Positions 62,476-64,000 of a DNA stretch of 64,000 nt are shown here, piece by piece (the stretch's first letter is position 1; each line of letters starts with the position of its first letter). The notes beneath the pieces are model-generated. The model saw nothing but the letters and a program-made list of their open reading frames with translations, was not told where the DNA came from and searched no databases. Origin of the DNA: Klebsormidium nitens (lineage: Eukaryota > Plantae > Klebsormidiophyceae). The position numbers and the translations under genes are program-made. The stretch is from positions 139,531 to 203,530 of the forward strand of contig DF237049.1 of assembly GCA_000708835.1 (NCBI GenBank), in the 5' to 3' direction.

Positions 62476-64000
62476 CTCTTTTCACTAACGGGGCTGACGG
62501 GGCCCGCGCTTTGCAATATAGACCCAGTTGAACAAATCAAATAAGCTCGAGACTGTATGTCAAGCAGGCTTGATCGCAGACTTTGCTTTGTCCTTGTACC
62601 GCGTCTACATGTGCGATCCCGCAGCATAAGAACATACATTTTTACTCTGAGGCTTGTGAGCTTGCAGCTTTCATTAAATCATGAGGTACATATGTAAAGT
62701 TATCAATGTCTTGTTAATATAGACTAACAAGAACCTCGATCAAGCACAAACTGTCCGAGAGCATGTATTGAGGAACCATAAGGCGTTCAACTAGAGCTCG
62801 TGAATTCAACTTACCCAGTTATAAACCCAACTACTCTCTAACACGGCCAGTCGGTTGTGGCGTTATCTCAAACCGCCGACTTGGCAACAAAGCAGAATAT
62901 ATGAATTTCGTGTCAAACCTAAGAATTCTGCAGCAAAGCCGTTGCAATCCTATTGACACATATGTCCGGCTCTTGAGTTTTGGCAAGCGTCCAAGCACGG
63001 TGCGTCATATTTGGAAAGTTACGCGATTATGTGATGCTTCACTGTGGATTAGAGCGGGTACCGGGTCCTCGCCGCAAATGAGTCTTGTATTCAAGTAGCG
63101 AATTGTCTATTGCAATCTTTGAATATCAGAGCAAGATTGGTGAATGGACCGATGGACCGAAATTTTGATGTGTGTACTATTGAACGTGACCAGTGTTCAA
63201 TGACACGAACCGGTGTTATGTCTTTATGTGTGGACCCAGCCGGCTGGAACGTAGATCCGGGCCGGTGCTGAAGGCACGGCCAGCCGCGGCTAGGCTCCTG
63301 CTGGCTCGAGTGACCGGGTGCTGGCTAACCTAATTGAGAGACGGTCCAAATACCTGGTGATGTTGACCAGGAGACTTCGAACCGCACCGGTAAAACGTTA
63401 CCGTGACTCAATTGGCAGAAATTCGAAGGGTGGCCGGTAGAATGCCGTCACTGGCTAAAGTTAGGTGGCAATCAGTGCTGGTGATCATTGACCTAGCAAC
63501 AACGGGGGCGCGCTCATCTAGGAACTTCAACGAAGTAGGATTGGGTTCACTGCGGCACTGCCATGCATATCTCCTTTGAGTGCGGTGCTTAGGCCCCTAG
63601 CCGCTCTGCCACTCTACTGGTCAGTTTATTGCCCGGTTTTGCAATTAGCCTTTCTATTTAGCGCACTGCAGTTGCTTCCCCGGCCGGCCTGGATTTGAAT
63701 CCTAGATTTTCCTAGGACCTAGTTCTTACCACGACTTGTTGTACGGTAGTGACTAGGATCGTCCGATGGCAGTGCGCTTCAACTTTCAAAACCGGCCCAG
63801 CCTTCCGGCGGTCCATAGTATCACATCTCTTGGGGCTGTCTGTCACATCAACGCACTCCGACGGCCTGTCACACATCGACGCACTCTTGGGGCTTGCTTG
63901 TTGATATTCCGAGTTGTACCTAGATTGGAAATTTTGGAAGGTACCGTGTCCCTGCCACGGTTCGCTCATGAAGAGATTGCCAGTACTCATCTAAGAGATG

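Noticed and set aside
63190-63720. CCGG-rich tract beginning CAGTGTT, resembling a second hAT element
   Set aside because: No matching AACACTG right end or TSD found within the window.

Overview
Eukaryotic, intron-rich nuclear DNA. The gene set (COBRA-like, CASP-like, plastid GapA, selenocysteine synthase and ciliary genes together) points to a streptophyte alga such as Klebsormidium; this assignment is an inference. Most ORF-track entries are exon fragments or antisense shadows. By following splice sites and reading phase by hand I reconstructed 12 spliced genes: COBRA-like (2928-7169 +), DNA primase large subunit (9123-14538 -), a CFAP107/FAP143-like axonemal protein (16254 to ~18859 +, spanning an N gap), two head-to-head CASP-like paralogues (19114-21709 -, 22994-24810 +), a WRN-type 3'-5' exonuclease (26295-27956 -), SepSecS (29073-34830 -), chloroplast GapA (35613-40262 +), a secreted CAP/SCP-domain protein (41827-44369 -), a large unrecognised gene (47915-54943 +), a plastid SAM-methyltransferase-like protein (56401-59302 -) and UNC119 (60538-62475 +). 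A 13th candidate, a small secreted peptide gene, starts on top of the CAP gene start codon. Non-genic elements are a hAT-type MITE, a decayed TPR-like repeat array and a 470-bp segment between 19-bp direct repeats. The best leads are the overlapping ATGs at 44367-44370, an in-frame UGA in the exonuclease followed by 90 open codons, an atypical GapA exon with a degenerate copy beside it, and the ciliary inner protein. I found no confidently new multi-gene system. Exon coordinates were read by eye and may be off by a few nt.
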